Shown in pieces: positions 17,658 through 27,529 of a stretch of 64,000 nucleotides of DNA (its first letter is position 1; each line of letters opens with the position of its first letter). The notes beneath the pieces are model-generated. The model saw only the letters and a program-made list of their open reading frames with translations. It ran no database searches and was not told where the DNA came from. The position numbers and the translations under genes were made by a program. Source of the stretch: a virus. Location: the IMG/VR virus record IMGVR_UViG_3300037755_000497, positions 32,001 through 96,000 of that record; one strand, 5' to 3'.

Positions 17658-17900
17658 ATGGCTAAGAAAAAGATTCAACGTAAGGTATCAAAAATTACAA
17701 CCCCAAAGGTCGATTTTGGGGCCAAAGACAAGATGAAGGCCTTTAGGTGTTCTAAGGTAATAGCTGAACTGCTAGACAAGGAAGATAACGCTTCTGAAAC
17801 GATAAATAAGGCCATATTAGAGTATCTAAGCAAGAAACTAATAGAATGTCCAACCTGTAAAGGTAAGGGCCAAATACGGCCCCATAAAGAGTGTAAATAA
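17658..17900 (+). CDS. Small ribbon-helix-helix-like regulator with a CxxCxGxG tail; the only credible plus-strand gene
   Basis: MKAFRCSKVIAELLDKEDNASETINKAILEYL has an RHH-like pattern; CPTCKGKG; start placed at ATG 17658 (MAKKK) rather than the track's GTG. Confidence 0.65.
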   Translation: MAKKKIQRKVSKITTPKVDFGAKDKMKAFRCSKVIAELLDKEDNASETINKAILEYLSKKLIECPTCKGKGQIRPHKECK

Positions 17901-17901
17901 G

Positions 17902-18600
17902 CTATAGAGATTTAAACCATGCACAAATCTTTTGCCACAAATTTTTCTTGACTATTGGCTTAGGTTTTTGTGCTGGAATACTATTCGGAACCACATCTTT
18001 TACTGGTTCTTGGATTGGTGTATCACCTTTAAAGAAATCTTCGTGTTCAAATATTTCCCTTATAATTGTCATAGCACCCATTTGTTTACTCACAGCTGTA
18101 TCAGACCACTTACCATCAGCAATGTATTTTCCACTATCGTAGTGATTACTAAAAGACCAAAGATAAGGTGATTTTACATGTGAATGGTACTTTCTATAAC
18201 CCCACCCATTATGAGATTCAAAACAAAAACATATTTCTGGGATACCCCAGCTAAAGAATCCTAACGTTTTAAACATTTTTAAATGTAAAGTTTCCATAGC
18301 ATCCAAAGCAGCATCTTCCCAGGAATTCCACGGGCCAAGTCCTACTGGAACCAAAGTGGTTTTCTTAGACCAGCTTTCACCGTTGTGAATTTGCTTGGAG
18401 AAATTTAAACCAGCTTCCATATAATGAATACAACCAACAACATACCAAGGTACTTTGGTTTCTTTTTCAACTTTTAAATATTCTTCCTTGAGGGAAACAA
18501 TTTTATTAGCAATTATTTTGATATAACTAGTATGATACATTGGCATCATACTATCCCAAAGTTTCTGGTATTCATCACGAAGTTCTTTTGTAAGTTTCAT
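17902..18600 (-). CDS. Endolysin, lysozyme-like family (COG5526-type)
   Basis: VPWYVVGCIHYMEA, HNG, ESHNGWGY, SPYLWSFSNHY..GKYIADG, SKQMG; start moved to ATG 18600 because the upstream TTG extension overlaps a terminator. Confidence 0.85.
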   Translation of the reverse strand: MKLTKELRDEYQKLWDSMMPMYHTSYIKIIANKIVSLKEEYLKVEKETKVPWYVVGCIHYMEAGLNFSKQIHNGESWSKKTTLVPVGLGPWNSWEDAALDAMETLHLKMFKTLGFFSWGIPEICFCFESHNGWGYRKYHSHVKSPYLWSFSNHYDSGKYIADGKWSDTAVSKQMGAMTIIREIFEHEDFFKGDTPIQEPVKDVVPNSIPAQKPKPIVKKNLWQKICAWFKSL

Positions 18601-18610
18601 ATTAACCCCA

Positions 18611-18638
18611 AATAAGAAAGGCCCAGTTTCCCAGGCCC
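18611..18638 (-). terminator. Rho-independent terminator
   Basis: GGGCCTGG-GAAA-CTGGGCCT followed by TTCTTATT on the minus strand. Confidence 0.7.
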
Positions 18639-18672
18639 AACCGAACAAATCAACCCTGCAATTGATTCATTC

Positions 18673-18903
18673 TTATTTTTGAAATAGATTTGCGCCTAAA
18701 GACAATGTTGATTCATAATCAACTGATGCATTTGCCACATCAGCAAAATCAGCATCCATTTTAACCGCTAAAGCAACAACACCAGCTTTTACCGCATCCA
18801 ATTCATCACGAATGGCACCGTAAAGTTCTTTGTCAGAAGCTTGACTTTTATTAGCGTGACCTTCTGTAAGTCCAACCGCTTTTCTTTGCCCAATTTTTAA
18901 CAT
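18673..18903 (-). CDS. Hypothetical protein, possibly virion-associated
   Basis: Good RBS; followed by a terminator. Confidence 0.65.
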   Translation of the reverse strand: MLKIGQRKAVGLTEGHANKSQASDKELYGAIRDELDAVKAGVVALAVKMDADFADVANASVDYESTLSLGANLFQK

Positions 18904-18955
18904 GTTTTTTCCCTTGTTAAGGTTTTTAGTTTAAAGCTAAATTACAAAAAGAATC

Positions 18956-19255
18956 TTAGTTGTCAGATTCAGATTGTGTAGCAACGTAATGGAATTCCTT
19001 CGCTGTTACAGCTTCGGCCGCAATCAGTGTAAATCCATCAGCGTTGATAGTGATAGCATCAACATACGTTTTTGTACCAGCTGCTATTTCTTTTCTGGCC
19101 TTAGCAAGTGGCATTGTTTCACTTTTCTTGTAATCAGCTTGGTCAGTGATGTTGTAGACCTCAACTTTTTTAGGCTTGAAACCAAGAACAACTTTTTTGT
19201 CGGCCCCTGCACCAACGAAACTACCAGCACGTGTTTTGCTTACATTACTTGACAT
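18956..19255 (-). CDS. Small beta-rich protein, possible capsid decoration
   Basis: GSFVGAG...VLGFKPKKVEV motif seen in small virion proteins; strong RBS. Confidence 0.55.
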   Translation of the reverse strand: MSSNVSKTRAGSFVGAGADKKVVLGFKPKKVEVYNITDQADYKKSETMPLAKARKEIAAGTKTYVDAITINADGFTLIAAEAVTAKEFHYVATQSESDN

Positions 19256-19353
19256 TTTTTACCCCCTTAAGGTTTTTAGATTAATAGCTTTAGCACCCCT
19301 ACCAACCATCAATAGCGTCTACTATTTACATGTAGGATGAATCAAGATTTATT

Positions 19354-19370
19354 GTATAACAATGTATAAC
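19354..19370. promoter_or_regulatory. GTATAAC-AAT-GTATAAC element
   Basis: Exact tandem heptamer in an intergenic gap. Confidence 0.75.
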
Positions 19371-19380
19371 ATCAATCAAA

Positions 19381-19626
19381 TTAAAAAAGGTGGGTCACAC
19401 CGTTATCAGATAATTCCTGGATAATCATATTATTTATTTCAGCGTATATCTGTCTCTTTTGATTGGGAATTAACATTTCTTTTTCCAGATTGTGGGATAC
19501 CTTGGCCCTAATATTTTTTAGGGCCTGTAGTACCTGTTGACTATACATTGCACACTCGAATACTTCGTTATCATCTGGAATATTAAATTCTAAATTAGCC
19601 TTCATTTTCATTTTCCGATGAAACAT
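19381..19626 (-). CDS. Hypothetical protein
   Basis: MKANLEFNIPDD..F motif common in small phage proteins. Confidence 0.7.
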   Translation of the reverse strand: MFHRKMKMKANLEFNIPDDNEVFECAMYSQQVLQALKNIRAKVSHNLEKEMLIPNQKRQIYAEINNMIIQELSDNGVTHLF

Positions 19627-20245
19627 CTTCTATCAGTGATGGATTCTTTTGAACATAAAGAAGGATGTCACGATTATAAGTTTTAGCTGTGGCCTGTGCT
19701 TCTGTGCAAGCTGATGCTAGGCTACCCATTTTCTCAACAATCATTAACTGAACTTCTTTAATCTTGCCATTAAGTTCAGCATATTCTTTTGCTACTTCAA
19801 TTTTTTTACCGACTAAATGTTTTAGAACTGGGTCAGATAGTTTACCAGATTCTTCTAATTTAAGAACTTTTGAAATAACTTGTTCCTGGAAAGGTGTTAG
19901 TTTTTCTTTTTGAAGCCCACCAACTGAATTAAATTTAGCAAGTATCTCTTTTCTTTGTTGCTCTAATTTATTATTCATGTGCTGTGATTGTGTTACTTCA
20001 ATTTTTTTCGTACCAATGTGCTTGTCAATTATTACTTCCTTTTCGTCTTTTTCTAATAATTCTTCAACTTCATCAGCGGTTTCAATAATTTCCCCAACTT
20101 CATCATTAGAAAGCCCAGATTCTTTTTCTGGTGCATTCATAATGTTAATGTCTTTGTTGATTTGTTTCATTTCTTCGTCAAATTTTTGCTTAGGTGTTTT
20201 CATTTTCTTCCTTCCAATTTTCGCTAAACGAATTGTAAAGTTCAT
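19595..20245 (-). CDS. Hypothetical coiled-coil protein
   Basis: Long co-oriented ORF; true start probably at MKTPK. Confidence 0.7.
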   Translation of the reverse strand: MNFTIRLAKIGRKKMKTPKQKFDEEMKQINKDINIMNAPEKESGLSNDEVGEIIETADEVEELLEKDEKEVIIDKHIGTKKIEVTQSQHMNNKLEQQRKEILAKFNSVGGLQKEKLTPFQEQVISKVLKLEESGKLSDPVLKHLVGKKIEVAKEYAELNGKIKEVQLMIVEKMGSLASACTEAQATAKTYNRDILLYVQKNPSLIEDVSSENENEG

Positions 20246-20287
20246 ACTGTTTTTAGTATAAATAATGTTTATACGCTTTTTAGTATT

Positions 20288-20548
20288 CTATTCTTCTTCT
20301 GGTTTAATAACTAGGTTTTTACCATTAAATACGTTCACACCATATTGTGTTTCAATCCAGTACGTGTTTTTTTCTGGTTTACCTTCAAACTTTTCAAGTT
20401 TTTTAACTGTACCTTCTTCTTCACTAAAATTCAAAGTTTCTGGTTCACCAGTTGAAGGATTCTTTCTTAGCACTTTTCCTGTTGCCAAAACAACATCGTT
20501 TAATTCAAAAACCATACTATAATCCTTTCTTGCATTCCATTGTTCCAT
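20288..20548 (-). CDS. Hypothetical protein
   Basis: Co-oriented ORF. Confidence 0.6.
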   Translation of the reverse strand: MEQWNARKDYSMVFELNDVVLATGKVLRKNPSTGEPETLNFSEEEGTVKKLEKFEGKPEKNTYWIETQYGVNVFNGKNLVIKPEEE

Positions 20549-21020
20549 CCAATAGAAATTTGTAATCTGTTATCCCATCAAGATATTTTTCAACAGTGAA
20601 TTCTTTATACTGTTTACAATATCTGGCCCTTGAAAAGAATCTTTTACCCCAACTACTGCATTCTTTATAGAATTCTTTCCTACAGAAACCAGGCTTATCT
20701 GGACAAAACCTGTATCTTTTTCCAGAAACCACGCAAGCAAAACCTAGTTCAATAAAATTTTCCCTAATCTTCTTATTGCTTAAGTCATATTCTTTTATGG
20801 ATTCCTTTTCGCAATCAGGCCCATAAAAATCTGTACATACTCTGTTGGTAAGGAACCCTTCGTGCTTAGGTCTGGGAATCAAACGCTGTTTTTCAAGTGG
20901 CCTATGGTATTGGTGAACTTCATCCATATCAGATTTTGGTTCCATAACATCTTTTGTCCACTTTTTAAAACCAGCACACGAAGAAAGCATTAAAATCGAA
21001 ATCATTAAAATCATTTTCAT
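20517..21020 (-). CDS. Cys-rich lipoprotein (o-spanin candidate)
   Basis: Signal peptide II MKMILMISILMLSS-C. Confidence 0.65.
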   Translation of the reverse strand: MKMILMISILMLSSCAGFKKWTKDVMEPKSDMDEVHQYHRPLEKQRLIPRPKHEGFLTNRVCTDFYGPDCEKESIKEYDLSNKKIRENFIELGFACVVSGKRYRFCPDKPGFCRKEFYKECSSWGKRFFSRARYCKQYKEFTVEKYLDGITDYKFLLDGTMECKKGL

Positions 21021-21028
21021 ATCGAATC

Positions 21029-21334
21029 CTATTTGTTTGCTAACATTCTTTCTAGTTCTTTTTTGGCCGCTGACTCTAAGACATCAGCAAGCTTTTCTAG
21101 TTCACGTACTTTGTCTTCAAAGTGTTCAACTACATTGTCATATTGCTGGTCTTGCGGTTTTTGTTTTTCCAGATTAACTTTATTTTCAGCTTCTAAAGCA
21201 TTTTTCTTTGCTTCCATCCATTCATCTAAATATTTCCTGGATTCTTTAGTATTACTTTTTTCAAGAACTTGTTCAGCTACACCCATACCTTTAGTTAATA
21301 AGGCCAGTACACTAGTTGTAATTAACTTTCCCAT
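21029..21334 (-). CDS. Coiled-coil protein with hydrophobic N-terminus (i-spanin candidate)
   Basis: LITTSVLALL followed by a heptad-rich helix; lies upstream of a lipoprotein gene. Confidence 0.45.
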   Translation of the reverse strand: MGKLITTSVLALLTKGMGVAEQVLEKSNTKESRKYLDEWMEAKKNALEAENKVNLEKQKPQDQQYDNVVEHFEDKVRELEKLADVLESAAKKELERMLANK

Positions 21335-21350
21335 TTTGTTTCCTTGTAAT

Positions 21351-21402
21351 AAAAAAGCCCCAGTGTTTTCCTGGATTCATTATCCAAGTTCACCAGGGGC
21401 TT
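21351..21402 (-). terminator. Extended hairpin terminator
   Basis: AAGCCCC..GGGGCTT outer stem, inner TGGAT/ATCCA stem, T-run on the minus strand. Confidence 0.65.
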
Positions 21403-21429
21403 GTATTTTTATTTTAATTTTTTTATCAA

Positions 21430-21888
21430 TTAGACTTTATCACACGCCTGTGCTGCAAGCTGATTGATTTTCTCACTTAAATCAGATAGTCCACATTCCC
21501 ATTTAGATGGAACCCCTTTATCTAATAGTGCTGGAATTGCAAGTGAAGCCGCTGCTTTACAAATTTCTGATGCGACACCTTCGGCCTGTGAACCTTCTGG
21601 TGCTGACTCATTAAGTGCTTTTACAACAAGTGAATTATCACTTTCAATTTTTAATAGTGCTTCAACATCAGCTTGTACAGCATCAGTGGCCTGACATTCA
21701 CCAGTTTCAACAATCGCTTTTGTGATTGCATCAGCTGCTTTTTTCTTTGCTTGCGGTACTACTGTGCTTTTGAAGTAAGAACAACTTGTCACACTCATTA
21801 GCATGACCGCTGTAATTAACATAATAAGAATCTTCATAATTTTTCCCCTTGGTTCTTTGTTTTTAAGCATTATAATGTTTGTTATCAT
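21430..21888 (-). CDS. Lipoprotein
   Basis: MKILIMLITAVMLMSVTS-C lipobox; true start probably the internal MKIL. Confidence 0.7.
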   Translation of the reverse strand: MITNIIMLKNKEPRGKIMKILIMLITAVMLMSVTSCSYFKSTVVPQAKKKAADAITKAIVETGECQATDAVQADVEALLKIESDNSLVVKALNESAPEGSQAEGVASEICKAAASLAIPALLDKGVPSKWECGLSDLSEKINQLAAQACDKV

Positions 21889-21894
21889 TATAAA

Positions 21895-22371
21895 TCAATC
21901 TTTCTTTTTTTCTCGCTTCTTTTCGCTGTGCATATTAAGAAACTCAAGTAATTTCAATGGAACTGGCCACCCTAAAGCACTTATATTTTCCATAATAGAA
22001 ATAGCTTCTGTGACCATCAGAAAAGTTTTCATTGTAGTGGTAGCATATTGGCCGGGAAATTCCCTGTCTAAGACACCAGCTGTACCCAGCATCATTATGT
22101 AGACAAAGAACTTCATGGCCACCCTTGACCAACCACTGGAACTAAGTTCCTTATTTTTACAGGCCTTCATAACACCTGTAATAGAGTCAAAAACAACCAG
22201 TATAAAAACTGGGACAAAGACATAGCCGTTGCCAAAAATATAAGCATAAGTACAAAAAAATAAAGCTGACACAGACTTAGGAAATGTATGGTCACCAATG
22301 CTAAAAATAATTTCCCTACATGTTTCTAATTTAAAATGTGTCAAAACGTTTCCCTTCCTTAAGTAACCCAT
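21895..22371 (-). CDS. Holin (phage holin 4 family-like)
   Basis: TM segments; LVVFDSITGVMKA..SS.G..K and EAISIMENISALGWPVP. Confidence 0.85.
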   Translation of the reverse strand: MGYLRKGNVLTHFKLETCREIIFSIGDHTFPKSVSALFFCTYAYIFGNGYVFVPVFILVVFDSITGVMKACKNKELSSSGWSRVAMKFFVYIMMLGTAGVLDREFPGQYATTTMKTFLMVTEAISIMENISALGWPVPLKLLEFLNMHSEKKREKKKD

Positions 22372-22399
22372 AGTTCCACCACGTCCTTATGGTTTCTCT

Positions 22400-23053
22400 C
22401 TATTCGTTTTCGATTGCTGTTTTTTGTGCAACATAAGTTAATATCTGTTGTTCACGCCAAATTGCATAGTCATCGGCAAGGTTAATTAATGCTGTTGAAT
22501 ACGCAAGAACTTTTTCATCCGTATTTAGAGCGTCACCAATTGATAGGCCAACAATTTCAAACCTGGCAATCAAACCTTTATCAGAATATTTTGCTGGATT
22601 CGTTTTCATTGAAAGCCAAGTTAGGTAATTGGCAACAGCACTGTCTGGATTTGTAGTGTTGTAAACTTGTTTCATTTCAACTTCAACAGCTGTATTTAAA
22701 GTTGTGAATAATTCTTGAACTCTTTGTGTTTTATCATAAGCATCGTAACCAGCTTTCTTTTGGATTTCCCAGCGTGATAGTATAGCTTCATGATAAGTCC
22801 AACCAGTTAAATCTTCTGGTTCTTCATTTACTGAATCTTCACCATTTTCCCAGTATGCTGGTTGCGCTTCAATTTTTACACCTGTAAGGATGTTTAAAGG
22901 AAGTTCTTCAAATTCTTCTGGAAAATCTATAATTACCCCGACACCACTTGAATGGGGCCATCCTTTTAAGTCCTTTTCATTTGCTGTAGGGCCTTTAATT
23001 ACATCGCCCTTTTCCCATCTATCAAAATCCCTATCTGCTATTAAAATTTTCAT
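22400..23053 (-). CDS. Putative tail fibre assembly/accessory protein
   Basis: Position directly after the fibre genes. Confidence 0.45.
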   Translation of the reverse strand: MKILIADRDFDRWEKGDVIKGPTANEKDLKGWPHSSGVGVIIDFPEEFEELPLNILTGVKIEAQPAYWENGEDSVNEEPEDLTGWTYHEAILSRWEIQKKAGYDAYDKTQRVQELFTTLNTAVEVEMKQVYNTTNPDSAVANYLTWLSMKTNPAKYSDKGLIARFEIVGLSIGDALNTDEKVLAYSTALINLADDYAIWREQQILTYVAQKTAIENE

Positions 23054-23074
23054 ATATTATTTCTCCTTTATTAA

Positions 23075-23992
23075 TTATAGTTCTGCTTTTGCTGTAAATG
23101 AGTCAATAAAGTTTGCTCCACCTGTTGCTGTAGCTACGTGATAAACAGAAAACCCATCTACCATATTGTTAAGAAGGTTTGGTGTTGATGACATGCTAAC
23201 CACCCCTACGTTGGTTAAACTAACCGAAGGGGTAACTCTTTTATTTACCTTGTATTGATACCCCATTGAAAAGTTCTGTGCGTTAGTAGCGTAAAAATCA
23301 AACCTAATACTTCCTACTTCGTAATATCTTTGAGCATCCAATAATTCTCTACCCTGATTATACTGCTTAAAATCCCCAACAAATGAACCTTGATTAAGCA
23401 TAAAGCCAGCAACAATTAAACTCGCTGCACCTGTTGCTGCAACCTTGACTTTTATCTCTATTTCAATTCCACGCTCTACCTGACTATTTAAAATAAAGTT
23501 TTCAAACTTCACTTGTTGCCAAATACCTAATGTACTTAATTCAACTTGCTTATTAGATAATGCGGTTACAGCTGAAAAATCATCTCTTACATCAGGAATT
23601 CTAACTGTCATTGTGAATAAATCAAAATTAGTAGGCTTAACCCAAAGACCTTGAGACAAAGATTTAGAAGCATACTTTACAGCATCTTTACTTTCCATTC
23701 TGTATCTTAAATAAACTTCATCAGTATCAGCACCAGCAACACCGTCTACAAATTTAAAGCCTCTAAATAAACCAGTAAAAGGCAAATCAGTATCTTCACT
23801 TTCTAGTTCTGGTGGTGTACTCCATGTGCCTTCTCTTTTAATAGCTATTCTATCTGGCCCTACAAAATTAAAAGTAGCATTGGGTACAGCAATTGAATCA
23901 TACGGAAATCCAGAATATTGATGCAAATTCAAACCACCGTTTATAAAGTCGTTTGGTATTTGCGTTCCTAGTACATGATTTTTTAAGCCCAT
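23075..23992 (-). CDS. Tail fibre/adhesin module (CBM-like beta-sandwich)
   Basis: FINGG...DR; ELLDAQRYYE; C-terminal AEL, typical of phage fibre modules. Confidence 0.65.
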   Translation of the reverse strand: MGLKNHVLGTQIPNDFINGGLNLHQYSGFPYDSIAVPNATFNFVGPDRIAIKREGTWSTPPELESEDTDLPFTGLFRGFKFVDGVAGADTDEVYLRYRMESKDAVKYASKSLSQGLWVKPTNFDLFTMTVRIPDVRDDFSAVTALSNKQVELSTLGIWQQVKFENFILNSQVERGIEIEIKVKVAATGAASLIVAGFMLNQGSFVGDFKQYNQGRELLDAQRYYEVGSIRFDFYATNAQNFSMGYQYKVNKRVTPSVSLTNVGVVSMSSTPNLLNNMVDGFSVYHVATATGGANFIDSFTAKAEL

Positions 23993-24002
23993 AATATTTT
24001 TC

Positions 24003-25022
24003 CTATAATTCCGCGTTTATAAAAATTCTTCCATTGCCACCAGTCAGTGCTTCAAACATCCCAGATTCACCATTTCCACCAGCACCATGGGTAAAATTAG
24101 CTCTTAACCTACAATTATGCCTAGTGGTAGTATCAAAAGCAGCATTTACTGTTAGATTAGTAGCTACATTTTTACAAAAGAATCGCCACCCATTTGAAGT
24201 TTGAAATGTTGACGTTACAGCTGGAATTTTCCTTTTTTCTTTAAAATTAAGAATTCCCCAAATTGAACCCGATGACTGTATAGTTCCCACTGATATGGCA
24301 CCTGATGTTCCATACTCTAATGCTTCAAAATAGTATGAACAAACATCCCTTTCATCTAATACTGAACCAGCAAATGAAGAAAATTCATTAACGATATTCC
24401 CATTGAAACTTATATAATGTCTCATGGCCTCTATTCTGTGAATTACAGTGGAACCAGTTACAGACATATTCTCTAAGGTTAGTTCAACTTCATAGCCGTT
24501 ATTTCCAGCTAGTGATGAAATCGGAACTCCTAACCATTTTACTTCTTGATAGATTCCTACAGTTAAAGCTACTGTTTCATTAAATATTTCTGTTTGTGCT
24601 GAATGGTCATCTTCTGCATTTGCTCTAAGGATTCTTAGTCTTGCAACAGTAGCACTTTCTGAATAAACCCATCTGTGAACATTTACATTTTCGCCACCAA
24701 CTTCAAAAGAATTTTCTGATGCTATTCTTTGGGCCATTAAAAGCTTCCCATCAGAACTAGATGGTGTTCCAGAAAATTCAATGCATCTTCTAACTTTATT
24801 TTCCCCTGAAACATTTGATGATTGCTCTGATGTAGGTGCAACAGACCATGTTCCTTGATACTGTATAATGTATCTATTTATAGTATTATAGTTTTTAGAC
24901 GCTACTGGCATAATTCTAGCCCCAAACTCGGATTCTAGTCCTTGCAAAGTATGCCTGAAAAATTCTGCAAATCCATTTAATTCAATTTGTCTATCTAGTC
25001 TTGCTAATCTTTTTGAACTCAT
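24003..25022 (-). CDS. Tail fibre/adhesin module, paralog of 23075..23992
   Basis: Shared GTWS, CSYYFE/AQRYYE, KR..P and terminal AEL. Confidence 0.65.
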   Translation of the reverse strand: MSSKRLARLDRQIELNGFAEFFRHTLQGLESEFGARIMPVASKNYNTINRYIIQYQGTWSVAPTSEQSSNVSGENKVRRCIEFSGTPSSSDGKLLMAQRIASENSFEVGGENVNVHRWVYSESATVARLRILRANAEDDHSAQTEIFNETVALTVGIYQEVKWLGVPISSLAGNNGYEVELTLENMSVTGSTVIHRIEAMRHYISFNGNIVNEFSSFAGSVLDERDVCSYYFEALEYGTSGAISVGTIQSSGSIWGILNFKEKRKIPAVTSTFQTSNGWRFFCKNVATNLTVNAAFDTTTRHNCRLRANFTHGAGGNGESGMFEALTGGNGRIFINAEL

Positions 25023-25031
25023 ATATTTTCC

Positions 25032-25571
25032 TTACCAGTTTATTTTTATAAATATGTTTACTGCAATATTTCGCATTCTAGTTTCACCAGCATTGGTTGC
25101 TGATGTTCTAGCATTTGGGGAAAATGAAGAGTCGAATGAAAACTGTCTTTCAGAATTAGAACCAGTAGTTGCACGTGCAGATGTTCCACTAACTGTACTT
25201 CTTAAAGCTCCTGCACTTCCTGATAGTGCCCAGACTCTATCTAACGGGCCACCCTCAATTTTTTGCATTTGATCCATTTGATTGCTACCTAATGCTCTTT
25301 CTGTTTCATCTTCAAACCCATCATTTCTTCCATGGTTCTTACCTCTTAAAACTAATCCTCTAGCATCATCTAAAACAGTCATTCCAGTTAAACTAGCTAA
25401 GTCAGTTCCTTCAACATTTCTATCATCATAGAGAACCCAGCTATTTCCGTTTAAAGCTTGAAATTGTTCTTCTGATAGTCGGCTGTGTCTTATATCACCA
25501 ATTGAAGGGCCTAACCCTGCTTTTGCTAACAATTGACTAAACTTTTTACTTCCTATTACACCAAAATTCAT
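25032..25571 (-). CDS. Tail collar-like short fibre protein
   Basis: DARGLVLRG, LGSNQMDQMQ, ETRMRNIAVNIFIK. Confidence 0.75.
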   Translation of the reverse strand: MNFGVIGSKKFSQLLAKAGLGPSIGDIRHSRLSEEQFQALNGNSWVLYDDRNVEGTDLASLTGMTVLDDARGLVLRGKNHGRNDGFEDETERALGSNQMDQMQKIEGGPLDRVWALSGSAGALRSTVSGTSARATTGSNSERQFSFDSSFSPNARTSATNAGETRMRNIAVNIFIKINW

Positions 25572-25602
25572 ATTTAGTTACTCCAATTATTTAATTACTA
25601 CC

Positions 25603-26823
25603 TTATACATTATAAGTTAAATTTCCATAAATAGTAGAATCCGTTCTTGCTGAACCCACCCCACTATAGTTTCTATATGTCATAGTAAGGATTCCTGTAG
25701 TCGTTGTTGCCATATCAAAAACTTCACTCGCTGATGCCCTATATACATTACTTTTATCGTTAGTAGGCCTTGCCCAATCCGGTATTAAGGATGCGGCAGA
25801 GGACACCGTAACTAATGAAGCATGCGTTGGTAAACTCTCTACGCTTATAGTTACTTGATTATTCACCCTAACAATTTTAATTGTTCCAGAGATGAAGCCA
25901 CCACTCCCAGTTAAATCAATTATAATACTATTATCAGAAGTGTGTATGCTCTCTAGGTTCGATATTTTATTTTCGTTTACAAGCACTCTTTGGCCGAATA
26001 AAGCTAAATCTAAATTAGTAACCCCGTTCCATCTGGAAACATCATAACCAAATTCAGTAGCTAAATCTTGCTTCATTAAATCTATGTCACCAGCAAGCTT
26101 ATCCATAAGTAATTGATGTGAATTGCTAGGTCTATGAATAAATGCACCGATAAAATGTCCAGCAATGTTTTCACCACCAGCACCACCAGCATTTCTAAAT
26201 CTAATTAAATTGCTTCTTCCACCAGAAGTTCCAACTTCTATAAAGTCACCATCATTATTAAAATCATTACTAGAGCATCTAAACATTGGTTGCATGTTTC
26301 CGGCTTCACCACGCATAATAAAGTATTCACCAATTTGTTTTGATGGGTAAGCGTTTATTGTGAAATCTCTGGGTAATACAAAATCAGTTTCATCCTCAAG
26401 AAGCGTACCAGCAATGGACATAGGTTCAGCATCAACTGCTAAGGTGTGTGTTCTAGGTGCAAAGTCTACATAACCTAAAAATATTTCACCTTCTTGTGCT
26501 GGTTCAATTTTAAGTCTAATTTGTGAATTATCAATCCATTCATAATCATAGTAATCGTAAAGTTGTCCACCACGAATTCTTGAAACTAATTTAAATTGAT
26601 GTCTAAATTCACTTTGAGATAAACCTAGCTGAACAAATAATGAAGGTGATGATTGTTGAAACCCAACCATTGATGCTGGAAGTGTTAAATCATTCAGATT
26701 GATAACTAGTTGTCCACCTGTTGCTTCATGAGCAAACTTTATTACCTTCATTGATCTTGCTAGTGGTTTATGACCAGCAATCTCTTTTTTAGTTCCAAAA
26801 TTGTTTGATTTACTAGTAAACAT
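25603..26823 (-). CDS. Tail fibre-associated protein
   Basis: Coiled linker followed by a C-terminal beta domain (IVRVNNQVT..IPDWARP). Confidence 0.6.
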   Translation of the reverse strand: MFTSKSNNFGTKKEIAGHKPLARSMKVIKFAHEATGGQLVINLNDLTLPASMVGFQQSSPSLFVQLGLSQSEFRHQFKLVSRIRGGQLYDYYDYEWIDNSQIRLKIEPAQEGEIFLGYVDFAPRTHTLAVDAEPMSIAGTLLEDETDFVLPRDFTINAYPSKQIGEYFIMRGEAGNMQPMFRCSSNDFNNDGDFIEVGTSGGRSNLIRFRNAGGAGGENIAGHFIGAFIHRPSNSHQLLMDKLAGDIDLMKQDLATEFGYDVSRWNGVTNLDLALFGQRVLVNENKISNLESIHTSDNSIIIDLTGSGGFISGTIKIVRVNNQVTISVESLPTHASLVTVSSAASLIPDWARPTNDKSNVYRASASEVFDMATTTTGILTMTYRNYSGVGSARTDSTIYGNLTYNV

Positions 26824-26834
26824 ATTTTAATTCC

Positions 26835-27521
26835 TTAATATAAATTCCAATCTGGTTCAACTGCATCAATTCCCTGTTTGAAAACTGTAATATCTACATC
26901 TAAATTTTCAAATCCGTTATCACTGAACCTGTTAACATCAAATCTAAATGTTGACGTTGTTTTCTCTCTGATAACTGTACCCCTTGAACCAACCCCTAAT
27001 TCATTTTGAGATACACTTGCTTGTATAACTGGCACCACTATAAGTGGTATATTTATAGTTCCACGAAAATCACCAGTAGCGTTTCTAGTAGCTGTTATCG
27101 CTCCTATAATATCTTCTGAACTTATAGGGATTGGACTAACTACTTGGCTACAGTCAAATCCTGTAGAAAAATTTGTCTTATTTATTTCGCTAAAAAAATA
27201 CACTTTAAAAACATCACCACTTCCATCAGTATAAAATGCACCAACTTTTTTATAAGCATTAAATCCAGAAGGTTTAATCTTACTTGTCGATGTCACTAAC
27301 CCAACTGTTCCACTTGAAACAACTAGATATACATAATAAAAAGTTGAAGCCGCAATTACACCAGAATCTAATCCACCTAAACCAGTTGTTCCTGTATTAA
27401 GTAAAAGTTGTGTTTTTTGATTAATTAAGTGCCCACCTACAACAAGCCTAGAACCTAATGGTAAGCTTATTTGCGTAGCGTTCACTTTTTCTAAATCTGT
27501 TAAAATTGTTTTTGCAAACAT
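26835..27521 (-). CDS. Tail fibre-associated protein
   Basis: GGLDSGVIAASTFYYVYLV..PSGF..KVGAF motif typical of fibre proteins. Confidence 0.65.
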   Translation of the reverse strand: MFAKTILTDLEKVNATQISLPLGSRLVVGGHLINQKTQLLLNTGTTGLGGLDSGVIAASTFYYVYLVVSSGTVGLVTSTSKIKPSGFNAYKKVGAFYTDGSGDVFKVYFFSEINKTNFSTGFDCSQVVSPIPISSEDIIGAITATRNATGDFRGTINIPLIVVPVIQASVSQNELGVGSRGTVIREKTTSTFRFDVNRFSDNGFENLDVDITVFKQGIDAVEPDWNLY

Positions 27522-27529
27522 ATCTTTCC

